A stretch of 64,000 bases of DNA from Trichosphaerium sp. ATCC 40318 (taxonomy: Eukaryota > Protista > Tubulinea). A model generated the notes under the pieces. It ran no database searches. It was given only the letters and a program-made list of their open reading frames with translations, and was not told the origin of the DNA. This document shows, in pieces, positions 1-15,169 of the stretch. The stretch lies in NCBI GenBank assembly GCA_038496445.1, contig JALMLS010000123.1:21165-85164 (forward strand). The letters are read 5' to 3'. Both the position numbers and the translations under genes were made by a program. Numbering within the stretch: the first letter of the stretch is position 1; every line of letters starts with the position of its first letter.

Positions 1-426
1 CAGATCCAACGCCAACTGAAATACTGCCAAGGTACTCCAAAGTGGAAATACGCCACACCTACTATGTTTAGAGAAAATAAAAAGCAAAGCATTGTACTTT
101 GATGCAATTGTCACTTCCAGACGAATACAGATGGTCATTATAAACATACAGCGCTAAGACAGACCCATCGTGCGCATTTAGCGTTTTTTCCTCTCTACAC
201 CACTTCATATTCCACACTTTTATCGTACCATCCTCGGACGCGCTGAACAAGCGCTCTCCATGCATTTGCAAGCATAACACACTTTTTTCATGGCCAGAAA
301 GGCTCTGAGATGGCGCGTATACAGCAACTGACCACTGTCAGCCTTGTTTAATATTTTGACCGTGCCTTTTCGCTCCTGTACATCGTCTGCGTATACTTTT
401 ACGTGGAAACCGTATTCAGGGTTCAT
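1..426 (-). CDS. WD40-repeat protein (5' part; runs off the window edge)
   Basis: Spliced translation MNPEYG...ERK|VAVYAPSQSLSGHEKSVLCLQMHGERLFSASEDGTIKVWN...LNAHDGSVLALYVYNDHLYSSGSDNCIK|VWR shows GH...W(N/R) WD40 repeats. Needs a 38-nt GC-AG intron at 328-365. Confidence 0.85.
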
Positions 427-597
427 ACTAAAGCAATGTACACATTACACGTGGTCAGATGCACTATATGTGTGACGTCACTGACAGTCTTGTACGTTTA
501 AGTTATGAACAAGGAGTACAAAATACAATTCACAATTATGGAAAATGTAACAACAAAGGAAGTCAACGGATAAAAAGATAATTTTATTTTTTTGTAT

Positions 598-2640
<2,043 letters not shown>

Positions 2641-2706
2641 CTACCATATATAATACGCAACAAATAGTTATTTATGAGTTACATTAGCTACATGGTAAGT
2701 GGTTAT

Positions 2707-3119
2707 TTACTTTGCGGGTTTTGGGTGGTGTGGTGGAGGTGCGTCTCCGAGTGGGGTCTTGAGGGTGATAACTACGTCCTTGTGTACTGGCATCAACAAC
2801 ATTTGACCTTTGAAGTCAATCAAATCTCTTCTCTTTGCTGCCTTTAGGGAACCTACCTGAAGGAAATGGTTAGGCTGATTGTTTTGCTATTTTGACAAAA
2901 AAAAGAAAAAAGACTCCGTAGCGCACCAAGGATTCGAAAATCTGTTCGACCTCCTCATCGTAGAAGAATTTACCGAAAGTACAAGTCCATGTACCTGTCA
3001 ACAAGTCAGCCTGCTGTATTTCACCAGTTTTTAAGCGTACCGTCCGGTTGTTTGTCGCCCAAGCGCTCCAAGTGTACTTGTACAAGTTTTACTTCGTTAT
3101 CAACGTCGTAAAAGGACAT
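2707..3119 (-). CDS. ABRACL: Costars/ABRACL family actin regulator
   Basis: Spliced: MSFYDVDNEVKLVQVHLERLGDKQPDG|TWTCTFGKFFYDEEVEQIFESL|VGSLKAAKRRDLIDFKGQMLLMPVHKDVVITL, matching the Costars consensus (TFG.LF..D....FE.LVG.L.AAK..K...F.G..LL...H..V.I.L). Confidence 0.9.
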
Positions 3120-3450
3120 AACTTCGCAATGGTTAGTTACTGTTATTAATATCGTTGCGTAAGCGCGTGGTCATTGCGCTTGCTAATAAGCGGCATTTTC
3201 TGTGTGAAATGTATTGCTACAGATCGCCACACGATGCGAACAAATTTAGCGAATGCGCGCAATGACGCATAGGTCGCGAGCGAAAATGATAAAATCACAA
3301 AAATAGACGAGCGTCGTACCTGTTGTTGTTTACTAAGTTAAAAAAGTGATGGGGAAAATATTGAAATTTCGATGACTGTTTTTTTAACCTTTTATGCGCC
3401 GTTTAAAAAGTCAATAGCACATCCAAAAGGATAGAAACTGTTTTTAGGAC

Positions 3451-5247
3451 ATGTCATTTGTTACTAGAGGCATAATTACAATATTTTGCGCGTTTGTGGC
3501 CTCAACTTTGGCAAACGCTGACGCTGATACACCGTTGGTACACACAGCGCTCGAATTTGGCAAGGAGGTGTTTGGACACGCCAACCTATCAAACTATGTT
3601 TATTACACGTACAATACGACGCGTTGATGTTGTTTAACGAGACGTCATAGGTTAAACCACGCAAGCGAAAGGCCGTTTTGGATTATTTTACAACCCTGTG
3701 ATGGAAACCCTGATTTGATTGTCTCAAAACAAGATAAAACGCCTACGATTCATAAATACGAATACATGAGCATAAACGGTCACAGAAAAACCGACAAGGT
3801 AAATGTTGTTACAAGTTCGTTAACTAACGAGGTGCAGGTACAAATAGTACACTCTGAGGGTGTACTACACATTGGTATCTATGGTATGACGGCGTCAAAC
3901 TTTACCATAAAGGCGACCTATGATGGTAAGTGAATATTATGTCATGGACACGTGACTCATCAAAATGCAGGTGCAGCACCAAAGATGATACCAGGCAATA
4001 AAGGCTTGTTGAGAATGGCTACTATAACATCAAACAAAGCTGTGATCACTTGGAAGCCGTCACGTAATTATCCTTCGTTGTGACGCACTACTTACTCTAC
4101 GTAGGCTTCATTGGTAAAGTTATGAACTCTACAGAAGGTTTGATTTTTTTTCTTGCAATCAAGTTCCTGTATCTTATAGCGGTTAGTGGCGTATAAAGTA
4201 TACTACACTACAGATACAGAAGATAGTCTTACTTTCGGTTATAATCCGCGTAAAAAGACACTTGTGGATATGCCTTGTGGCATGAAATATTCAGGCGTTT
4301 TGGTAAAGATAATAAGTTTCAATTTATCTTATACTGTGAGTAGGCGCCAGGTGCATCCAAGATTTCCAAACAAGGAGGACAAATCACATACCAACATACG
4401 ATAAACAGGCTCAAACCTAATACAGTGTATTCTGTCAATGTATTGGCTATACAAAGTGATACAGAATTTGCTGCATACGAAGTAAAATCCTTCAAAACAA
4501 TAGGTACCAAAAGGGCTACAAAATATTTATCAACTAATAACACTTAGACTTTACTCCTTTGTCTGTTGGCCGTTGGTACAGAAATTCGTTGAAACCAGGT
4601 ATGTTGTTTGTGTAAATTGTGAAATAGGTAACGCGTGACGTGAAGGGATGTACAAGCATTACCGATTAGAGATTGGAAAGTTGTATACAAGTGATAGTAA
4701 AGACAACTATCATGTTCAAGCTCACTTAAAACTTAGAATTACATTGCATTCTACTTTAGGTAAATTCTTGTTCGTAACACTTTCTTTTTGACAAGTTCTA
4801 GGTGATGCTGATGTGTTGGTATCACGAGACGTTGGTCCACCTACAATCTATTCATCTGGTTAGTGTAGTAGTTGTTTAAGCTTTCTCTTAACACAAAGTA
4901 GATTATAGCTCTGAAGCTGTCACTATAGATGTAATAGACATAGATTATCCTCAGGGTATAAAAAAAACTTGTGACTTATACTAACAATAACTATCAGAGC
5001 ACACTGCCTACTATATCTCTGTGTATTCAAAAGATTCATCACAGTATGTACTCACGACATCAATTTCAGACGTACATGCAAGTATATCACGTGCGTACAA
5101 CAATGTTACTTGTCTTGTTTTCTTTTAATTACAAAAATAGAGACTCGACAAACAACCAAGAAAAAAACCGAGGAGAAGGAACTCCCTGAGTGGCTCAGTA
5201 CACTTTTACACGTTCTCTTTGAGATTTTGAAAGCTTTGTCTGATTAG
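3451..5247 (+). CDS. Secreted protein with beta-sandwich (PPC-like) domains and an FN3/NDNF-like domain
   Basis: Signal peptide MSFVTRGIITIFCAFVASTLANA; repeated G(N/D)(P/A)D(L/V).VS...PT module; FN3-like VITWKPS...YKVYY...TINRLKPNTVYSVNVLA. About 10 GT-AG introns keep the frame; last exon is approximate. Confidence 0.65.
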
Positions 5248-5951
5248 TATACATTTTAAAAAAAGCATGATACAAAAGTAAAAACAGGTTTTTAACTGCA
5301 CCTGCATCGACTGTGATATCTCAACGCATACTAACTATGTGATCAACGTGATTTAGAAAAAAAACAGTGTAACACGTGCTATTACAACAAAAGCTGTATT
5401 ATTACTTACTACACGTGAAAAAGTACAAAAATAACGTGGTGTGAAAACTAGGCAAGCTTTCGCCACGTAGGTGGGGTGCACTACACAACATAATTAGCCT
5501 ATACCTAGCTTTTTAGAGCAGATAGTTTTTTTGGGGTGCTAAGAACGAGAGATACAGTTTTTTAATACAAATCTAAAACTGAAGATTACTATGCCTCTAT
5601 CATGATCTTCATCTTCCAACTACTTTAAAGTGCACAGATATCTGTGGCTTTGAAAAAGATAGAGAAGTACCAAATAGCAATGTAACCAGTCATACACGCG
5701 AGCAAAATCCTAGTTTAATGCATCGGGGTATCTTCGGATAAACTCTAGTGATTGGTTTAGCACGGAAACTCCCGGAACACAAGTAATAAGTATTTGTTAA
5801 TGCACTAGAATACTATGTTACAGCTTCAAAGCACGCAAAAAGCGAAGAAAAGAAATCTCGTTTATCCTTTTGAGCAAAAGTTGTGCACACAACTTATGTG
5901 TCTCTAATTCAATTCTAACAAGCTGCATCCCTAGCAAGCACGTCGCAAATA

Positions 5952-6579
5952 ATGAAGCTTCTTATTCTCTCATTACTATTAACTGTACGTAAGATACAAC
6001 TGTAACATGAACAGTTATCTCACGTTTCTTCTAAAAATAGGTATGTTTGGCACAAACCTATCCTGCACGTAGGCGTAGCATGGACCCTGAAATTGATGAC
6101 TGTAAACCTCTAACGTATGATCTCAGGAGTATTCAAGGCAATTGGGCACTTTCTCTACAAGGTGCTTTTTTCGATGGTACGTGGTGACATTGAAGAAAAA
6201 AACACCTTGTGCTAAACAAATACAAGGTTCCAACCATTTCTTCTATGGTAACGGTATAATCTACTTTGATGGGTTGGGTGGATGTACAGGAAAGGACAAC
6301 GTCCTTGTGGCAAGTGCAGATGCCGCGATTACTGCTGAATTTATAGGATACACAACATGTTCGTATAGCGTCAATCCAGGTACTTTGACAGGTTTTTAGA
6401 CATCATGAACTTAACTTTCTTTTTTAGATGGCACAGCGATTTTGCAATTCACTAAAGCTGATGGTGGTAGTTTTAGTGACAACATCATCATTATTAACAA
6501 GAATTACATGACATCGTCCAGAAGAATGAGTTCCGACCCTGGAGATGCTTGGGTTGCAGAATTCAAACGCCGTGGATAA
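5952..6579 (+). CDS. Small secreted beta-rich protein of unknown function
   Basis: MKLLILSLLLT|VCLAQ signal peptide; SIQGNWALSLQG...GIIYFDGLGGCTGKD...CSYSVNP|DGTAILQF; 3 canonical introns. Confidence 0.75.
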
Positions 6580-6648
6580 TTGCGTTTTTGGTTACAAAAC
6601 TGTACCATACACAATCTCAATAAAATTGATATGTAGTGTTTTTCAGTT

Positions 6649-9384
6649 TTAAAAGTTTTCTTTATGATACACAAATTTTGCACCATTGGCTGAGTTGGTG
6701 TATTTACAACATTTGTTATATAGAGTTTTCGATAGTATAGGAGGTCCGCAAAAGAAACACCCTATTTTTGTGTTGTCATGAGATGCACCGATTCTCTTAA
6801 ACACCTAATAAAGTTTTAACAAAATACATCAAGTGTCCTCATCACGTGACGTGATGAGAACCGATACTTGTGATATTATTTTTCTAGGAAGAGGACGTAC
6901 TGCATCCCAATTTGGTCTGCCGTAAAGAGTACGTGCTTGAAGACCAGTCATAACATCAGGAGATTCTTAAAAAATATGTTTAGTCCGGTCGCCATATATA
7001 CTTTTTGTTTAAGTTGTTACCTTCATCTATTGCCTTCGCTTCTTTAACCATCAGACTCTTTACTTTATCAACTCTTAATTTAGCTGTTAGATGAATATGT
7101 AGCGATAACCAATTGCCAACATTAGCCTCCTCAAGATCTATTTTATTAAATAGTCAATGTCATTAAAAGAAATAAAGGATACCTGTTAGTAGCTGACCAA
7201 ACCATTCGAAACTTGTTGCGTCCCTCGCTATCCAATAAAAATACACTTTTTTGTGAGGTATCTGTTGGAAAAACAAGTTAAAAAAAGACGAAAAATGTAC
7301 TCAATAGGCTTAGTTTTTCCATTGCCAATTGATTATTTAAAGTCACAAAACTACTTTCTTACTCTGACAGAGTGACCTGTATTCAATGCTTGATCGATGG
7401 CGTGTTTTATACTTTGTAAAATCGATGCAAACGGTGTTACTTAACAAACAACAAATTAGCATTCATTTCACTACTTTTTTTGCATACCACCGATACCAGC
7501 ACCTAAAATAACAATGTAAGCAGTTATCTACTTTTCAAATTACGAAGTATATTTACCTATCAACATGACTGTATCATAGTTAAAAACTTCTTCGCTGGCA
7601 GCGCCATACGGTCCTAGGAATAGCAATAAACATCATTGTTTTTTTTTACTGAGGTGTACCATCTACCCTAAGTATCGCCTTTCCATTCGGTGCAGTGATG
7701 AGATTCCTTTGTATAACTCCATTTTCTACACCATCGGGGTTTAGAAGCTTTTGTAATTCCTTTGTCCAATCACCAGCAGCCTTAATTTCGAACGAATGAT
7801 TAATTAAAACGCAAACTCTCGCGTACAAAAAATTACCTTTATATGAACGCTTACATACTGCATCTCTGGCGCACTTGTAATTGTGAACGGATGATATTCA
7901 TGTCTTGCAATATAAGGGCAACTCAAAAACAAATACTAGAAAAGTTAACACTCCGTAAAGACAGCAACACCAACTACTTTAATTCGGTTTCGTTTTAAAT
8001 TACATGAAAAAGGTTGTACCTGGCCAACTTTGTAATTAAATTTCTCTTTTTGCAACCTCAACTCAAACACTTTTGAAGGATGCTGTCTTGCCTATTTTGT
8101 ATTTTTTTTCAGAAAAAATTTATCACGTGATCAATATCATTATTACCTCCACTATGATAGTACTCTGAGAACCTCTCAATATTCTTATGCCCCTCTCAAT
8201 AGCATACATTACAAGAGGCCCAATAGCATATTGCCAAAACTGTGGTGGCGCAAATAGCTTGGCAAATCCTAAGAACGTTTGAGCTCAAAAAATAAAACAA
8301 ACAAGAATAAGTCACGTACCATGGGCTATTCCCAAACCAAAAAATATAATAAAAAGATGGTGAGTGTACCAAAATACCTCAAATCCAGGCTTTCTGACAT
8401 GCTCATGAGCGGTGGTGTACATGAATACCATGACAATAACCAACACAACACCTTTTTCGATATTATTTTAAAGTGCGAAGAGTATTACTTGCCTGTTGCT
8501 CCAGGCAACGTTAAAAATAGCAGATACCAATCGCTTGGCACTGATTCAAATCCCAAGTGAGCAAGATTCGCTTCAGTCGTCTGAGAAACAACACGAAAAT
8601 TATAGTAATGAGCTCCTCTGCAGCTTTAGTTAATAACACCACAGATATATTTCTTAGTACACGTGAAGTGCTGTCATCCACGCAATTGTCCAAGCTACGA
8701 ATATTTAGCGATTGAACTAGAATAAAATGACCAAGATACGTATAAAACGCACCAATATAGCGGTGAAATATGATATTCTAAGCGAAGTGTCAAAAGGTAT
8801 TCAATCCCAAAATTTTGAGTTACAAAAAAAACGGAAAGAAACCTACCTTGTCTAGAGGAACCCACATACTTATCCAGCGTACTGATCGAAGCCACGTGAT
8901 AAAATTACGGCACACAGTTATAAGTACAAGTGCTATATTCAGTTTTATTACTGCTGCAGAAGCACGTGCAAGTATAAGACCCCATCCAAGTAACTCTACA
9001 CTTTTTCTTGTTCCGTTTGTTGGTGCAAAGTTTTTTTTTGCGTTTAGTAGATCTACAGGCACTTAGTGGATCACTGTTGTCACCTGGGATTACCAAATAT
9101 TGTTTTAACGAATAACACGAAGTTTGCAGCAAACCAAAGAATCATCCAAGCTAGTTTGACACCATCATTAACACAGTACTTTTTAACCTAATAACAGTGA
9201 ATTCCATCGAATTTGTACGCCGTTTAGCACCTTCCGCCATACTTTACGCCTTTTTGAGTTCTTAGTTTCTTGTTTTACGTCGTTGTCTACAAGGCGCTCG
9301 TATTCGTGTGTGTTGCTTGCGCTAGGAAACTAAGCATTTGTAAGAGCTCAAGAGGCATTAGTAAGCGGTTACAGAAGGATCCAT
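6649..9384 (-). CDS. NOX: NADPH oxidase, gp91phox/NoxA type (no EF-hands seen)
   Basis: LARASAAVIKLNIALVLITVCRNFITWLR, EYHPFTITSAP, AAGDWT, RVDGPYGAAS, GAGIGVTPFAS, VYFYWIAR, YGRPNW, FFCGP and terminal HKENF. Confidence 0.95.
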
Positions 9385-9644
9385 CACTTTGTAATCCTAC
9401 TAAGCTCCTCACGCGTTGTGGTTACCACTTTTAACAGACTCAAAAATGACTAACATGGCAAGTAATTCACTAAACGGTGAGTGACACTTATTAACGCTCA
9501 ACTGTTCGCTGCTGAGCCCAGTCAGCGCGTAGTCTATCATAACAGTGCACACGATTGTTTAATAACAGTTTGAAAAGCAGTAGAGGGCACGATTTTAGAA
9601 CAGTCTTTTTTGGTCAGAACTGCCAATCATCTGATTTAACAACC

Positions 9645-11861
9645 ATGAACGAGGAATACGACGTAATAGTACTTGGTACAGGATTAACTGAGTGCGTTCT
9701 CAGCGGTACGTAATTTTAATCTAGTCTTGTGGCAGGCCGTTAATCGTTATTGGCCATTTAATTGTACAGTGGTTCCAATGCTTACATTTTACATAGGTCT
9801 ACTATCCGTTGACGGCAAAAAAGTGTTTCACTTGGATCGCAATGACTACTACGGCACGCACGTTAGCTTGCCCTCTTTGCTTACAACGAATAGGAGCTGA
9901 GTGCGCTTCGCTCGATTTAACTCAATGCTTCAAACGTTTTTCAGGTACTTACTACCTCGGCCACAGGCTACGCTTCAATTTCTTCGCATTGTATGTTGTT
10001 AACAGCCAAAATTAAAATAGATGGCAAAGAACCACCAGAGAGCTACGGTCCGCCAAGAAAATACCTCATTGACCTTGTACCAAAGTTCTTGATGGCTGAA
10101 GGTACGAAAGCACTTTTTTTATCAACTTTGATCGTTTTCTCCATTACACCGTTTGCGCTGTTAATGTATTTATAAAGGAACACTCGTAAAGATTCTTGTG
10201 CACACAGACGTTACAAAATATCTCGAGTTCCAAAGCGTTGAAGGAAGTTACGTTTCAAAAGCAAGCAAGAAGGATAAAGCCCTAAAAATCCATAAAGTAC
10301 GTCCACTAAATGCCTCCTGATCTTGCTTCTCATGATCACGCTTTTAACCGTATTGTAATAACCCTTTCTAATGGCTATTTTAGGTACCTGCAACAGCAGG
10401 AGAGGCTACAAAATCTAAACTTATGGGCATGATTGAAAAAAAACGCTTCGCTGATTTTCTTAACTTTGCTGATTCTTTCGACCCTGAGAATCCTGAAAAG
10501 TCTAAAGGTACTTTAGTTACTTCCCGTACATCACCCTTTATTAATATTTTATTAAGGTATCAAGAAGGATACATTGACTAAGGACATGCTTAAAAAATAC
10601 AAATTTGATTCAAACACCATTGATTTCCTTGGACACGCACTTGCGCTGTACCGTGATGAGACGTAAGTGGTGTATTTTTTCTGACTGCAAAAAATTGGTT
10701 AACCTGTCATTTGGGCCAATAATGTGACGTTATGCTTACATCTTTTTAACTAGATGGATGGAGCTCCCTGCCACTGAGACTTTGGCACGTGTAAAGTTAT
10801 ATGGTGACTCTCTAGCTGCATACGGAAAATCTCCATACTTGTACCCATTGTACGGATTGGGTGACTTACCTCAAGCGTTTGCAAGGTACCAATTCTAAAC
10901 TTGGTTTGGTCTAAAAAAATTTCTTTATTTTTTAACACATTGTCTAGACTTTCTTCTGTTCATGGAGGTTTGTACTACTTGCCAAAGAAAGTTGACAAAC
11001 TTGTCTATGATGACAAGGGACGCGTTTGTGGTATAAGTTCCGATGGAGAGGTAAAACAATACAGAGATTTTTTTAATAGTTGGCTAAAATGATATTTAGA
11101 TTGCCAAGTGCAAAGCAGTTATTGGACATCCTTCATACTTTCCTGATAAAGTTAAAAAAGTAGGACAAGTTGTTAGATGTATATGTATACTCGATGGACC
11201 TGTACCTAACACCAAAGACGCCAATGGATGCCAAATTATTATCCCACAATCCCAAGTAGGACGTAAAAATGGTAAGAGGTCTGATTTTCTTACACAGAGC
11301 TAATCTATTGTCATAGATATCTATATATCATGCGTATGCTCCACTCACGGTGTTTGCCCTAAAGGAAAATGGATCGCAATCGTTGGTACGTTAGACCTTG
11401 GTCATGACGCGTTTTTTTGTCGACATTTGAGACTCTATCGCCTTACTATTGCTCTCTATTTTAGCAACTACTGTTGAGACTTCTGAACCAAATGCTGAAC
11501 TAGAACATGGTATTAACTTCCTTGGAAGCAATGTATTAGAGAAATTCTATTACACATCCGATCTATTCGAGGTAAACTTAGTTTTATTTTTATTAGGCTT
11601 ATTTATTTAAATGTACTAATCCTTTTTTTTTCAGCCAACCAACGACCCTTCAAAGGATGGTGTATTTATCACCAATTCTATTGATGCTACTACTCATTTT
11701 GAGACAATCTCTAAGGACGTTCTACGCGTGTACAAGGCCTACGCCGGAAAGGTACTAAGCAGCATCAAAAAAAAAATAGAAAATTTTTTTGCTATGGGTT
11801 GATAACAGGCTTATTTCTTGCTTAGGAACTCGTATTGAAACCAAAGAAACAAGAGAGTTAA
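9645..11861 (+). CDS. GDI1: Rab GDP-dissociation inhibitor
   Basis: [87 protein letters not shown]. Confidence 0.97.
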
Positions 11862-11988
11862 GATTATTATTTAATAATTACATACACTACCCATCCCTTC
11901 CGGTTGTATAACTTGCTCTTTATGTGTTGTGATTAAATGAAATTGTGCTTGCCCCTTTCAACATCTCTTTTTTTGTAGTTTGTTTTTT

Positions 11989-12807
11989 CTAATCTCTGTT
12001 TGCACGTGCTTCTTCTTCTGCTTCTTCTATCAATCTATGTTCATTGTATTGTCTATGTACCACTCTATTTGTGTACCTAATATAACCCAATTATCAGAAA
12101 CAAAGACAGTAAACAAACTCTTTCAAATCACGTTTTTTCCTAAATTATTCTTCAAAAAAACATGTTGCCCTACCAATGTCTGTATTTAAATTGAACCCAC
12201 AAAGCTAGTGGATTGAATAATATACGACCAAGTAATCCTGAAAGACCAGGCTTATATTGGTACTCAATAGAATCCCTGTCGATAAAACAATGAGCTCACT
12301 TTTCGAACAAACTCACAACAAAGAAACTTACAGTAAAATAGCTCCACCTGTAACTCTGTCGCGTTGCCAATGGTGAGAATGCTCCCAAAACAAGAGTGGC
12401 CCTAACGAAAATATGTCACGGAAATGTCATTTTGAATTTTGGGAAAAACCTTCTTGTAGTGTATCTGTGAAGCCACTTGAGCTACAATTTGAGTAACGAC
12501 CAGTCCACGTTAATCCCCATGTAGTGAAGCTAACTTTGTTGCCGTTTTTTACCGGGTCTGCCTGACATTTGGTAAATTCGTATTAACAATGGCGTATGTA
12601 TCAGCATAGCGTATATTAATCGTTTGGCGCTGTTTCTACGCGTACAATATTGAATTTAAAGTTCCATGTGATAAAAAACGGTAACATGTCCTGTAGAGCT
12701 AGAGGAGTGCTATGAAACCTTGCCACATACTCTACAGGAGCACTTAAGCTAGATTGGTGGCGAAAGTAATGTATATGTCGTTGTTCATCGATTTTCGAAC
12801 TTGACAT
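11989..12807 (-). CDS. SRPBCC (polyketide cyclase-like, SRPBCC_3-type) protein
   Basis: FRHQSSLSAPVEYVARFHSTP...FTDTLQEG|PLLFWEHSHHW...GGAILLDSIEY...GLLG...FKYRH matches the F.D....GP...W.H.H...D...Y...F.YRH pattern. Last exon inferred. Confidence 0.75.
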
Positions 12808-13016
12808 CGCGTTGTGACGCGCCCCGGCGAGTTTAAACTCAGTCTAAAATTTTGACTGCACAAGAAGAGTACTTGACACTCAAATATCGTACTACACAAT
12901 CGAAACAAGGTACGTGATACAGAAATTACAATCAGTTTCGCTATTGTCAAAAGGTCATTGCAAGAAATTGTAATGGTTTTTTCTATGCTTTTTTTTATTT
13001 TACAATTGATGCCTGT

Positions 13017-15018
13017 TCACGCTTCATTTCTATTTCCTTTAACATTTAGGCTATCGTTATTATCTTCATCTGAAGCTTTACTTTTGTTAGGCAACAATGG
13101 ATTCGCATCTCGGAAAGTAGGTTGCATTAGGCTGTCTGCGATCGATACTAAAAAAAAAACAATGAGAAAGTTGCGAACAAGCTACAGAAGTAAAAAAAAC
13201 GAACCTCTTCCATCGCCATTGAAATACGCCGTGGGTGTAACTAAAGGCTTAGCATCACAAGGTACAGACACAAAAGGTCTCACATCAGGTCTATAAATGA
13301 AATTAATACTGTGCCTTTTTGCACGTGATTATTTTTTGGGTACCTGTAGTGTAAAATTGTGGCAGCTAAAACAGCTGTATCTCCTGTGTTCCACCAATAC
13401 GGTATAGGTACAAGTGTTATACCTAATATTCATATTAGAGTTTTTGTGGTTTTTAATGTTGCTGGGGTTCAACCAGTGTAAACTTGCATTGGAGAAAAAA
13501 AGTTCTGACTTTTTATGTTACAAAATTAGCGTACCGTGTTGTTTGCACTTTGAAAGTTTATCAATATCAGAGGCTTCTTGCACATTAGCAGGAGCAAATT
13601 GTTGCGGAAAATCTGAATAGTGTTGGGCGCCTGAGGTGCACAATAGTTAATCGTGGTGCCTTTAAAAAAGTAACTAAATTAGTGCACCTTGGAACTCCAA
13701 AGCAATGTTCAAGCCATGAACGAATACATCAAAAGATGACTCTGCTATTTGCAAAGGAAACCCAGGTTCGTATTCTTCTACAACATCAAACATTGGAAGT
13801 ATTGATTTTGTACAAACAAACATATGCCTAAAACGAGAATTAAATGAGAAAGAAATTGTTTGGTTTTTTAGAAGTTTTTTCTTACCTTTGTGCTGCCTTC
13901 TTGTTGTACTCTCTCAGAGATGCCTCATGATTTTTTATTTCTGGGTATGTTTCTGTAATTACACCTGGCCAATAGTTTAATACGCTTGCTCCACCTACAT
14001 CTTTAATCTGTTGCTTTGAAATACGTAACCAATCCAAAGGCGATTTGATCTTAAGTGGTTTTTCAATACTCTTTAAAAACGCTGATGCGTTCTTCTGCTC
14101 TTGCCAGTACTTTAATGGCCTTCTCTTTAATAAGAGAGGGTCCCATTCACGTTCCGGATAAAAATAGCGTAACATTTCAATGACACTATCACAAAACATG
14201 CTAAAACAAAACTGTTAGCTTCAGAGCTAATCAACTTTTTTTTGTTTGCAAAGAAAAGTTGATATTGATCTCAGCTTCTTACGCATTCAAAAACTTTGCT
14301 CCCATTTCTGTGTTAGCTACCTCAACACGTGAATATTCATACCAATCATCAATTTTTTTAATATTAAGCTGTTCTTCAAGCTAAACACAATTACAAAAAA
14401 AAACACGTGCTACAATCAAAAAATAACATAAAAACAATTGTAAAAACGTACAGCTCTCATACCAATTAAAAGTCCATCAGGTGATCCCCAAAAGAATCGT
14501 GGTACTTGGCCTGATTTTGTAAGCTATTTGGTAGTTGCTGGCTGAAAGTACAAACGTACAAAAGTGCCATGCAACCCAATCGTAATCAGGATACATGTCC
14601 TTTAAAAACGCGTACAAAGAAAATCCATAGCGTCTGATAGTGGTTAGGCTTTTATACAAGATTGTCTAGAGGTTTAGTACTTGAAAAGGTTAGGCTGCAG
14701 CGCCACTGCTTTTTTACGCGATCTTGTGTACCTAGAGGCTCACTTAGTACGTGTTACAGACATACTGGCTCTACCAGTCGCGAATTTCAGTAATATTTAG
14801 TTTTTCTTCAAGCTAAGCGCATTAATTAGTTTGTTGTAAGCGAATGTCACGTAACTAATATACAAATACGGATTCTGTTAACTCTGAAACTCCAATAACC
14901 ATTAGGAACGCCTAATGGCAATTACTTACACTCATAGACCACAATACGCACTATAAAGCAATGCTTTCTTGTTTTCTCTTATTCTAGCCTCGTATCTGTA
15001 CGCAGATAACGCTCTCAT
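13017..15018 (-). CDS. Helical 'DW(Y)'-repeat protein with C-terminal PD-(D/E)XK/RAP-like nuclease-fold domain
   Basis: Repeats LEEKLNITEIRDW, LEEQLNIKKIDDWY, IEKPLKIKSPLDWL with YP...W segments; C-terminal FDVFVHGLNIALEFQGAQHY...DIDKLSKCKQHGITLVPIPYWW. 5' exons uncertain. Confidence 0.7.
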
Positions 15019-15169
15019 GGGCGCAATACAACGTCATTACCCATCTAGTGGCAATTACAGTGCTACGTCTAACTTGTAACCGATCACAAAGTCAAACTAC
15101 TTTCAAATCAAGCAAAATTTTTTGCAAGTCATTTTTAAGAACCGTTACTAGTTTGCTTTATTTAACAGC

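Noticed and set aside
3451-5247. Pseudogene or alternative genetic code, suggested by fragmented ORFs
   Set aside because: All stops and frame changes are removed by canonical short introns under the standard code.
5248-5951. Unusually long (~700 bp) intergenic gap with several ACGTG motifs
   Set aside because: No ORF, repeat or extended stem could be supported; counted only under the CACGTG finding.
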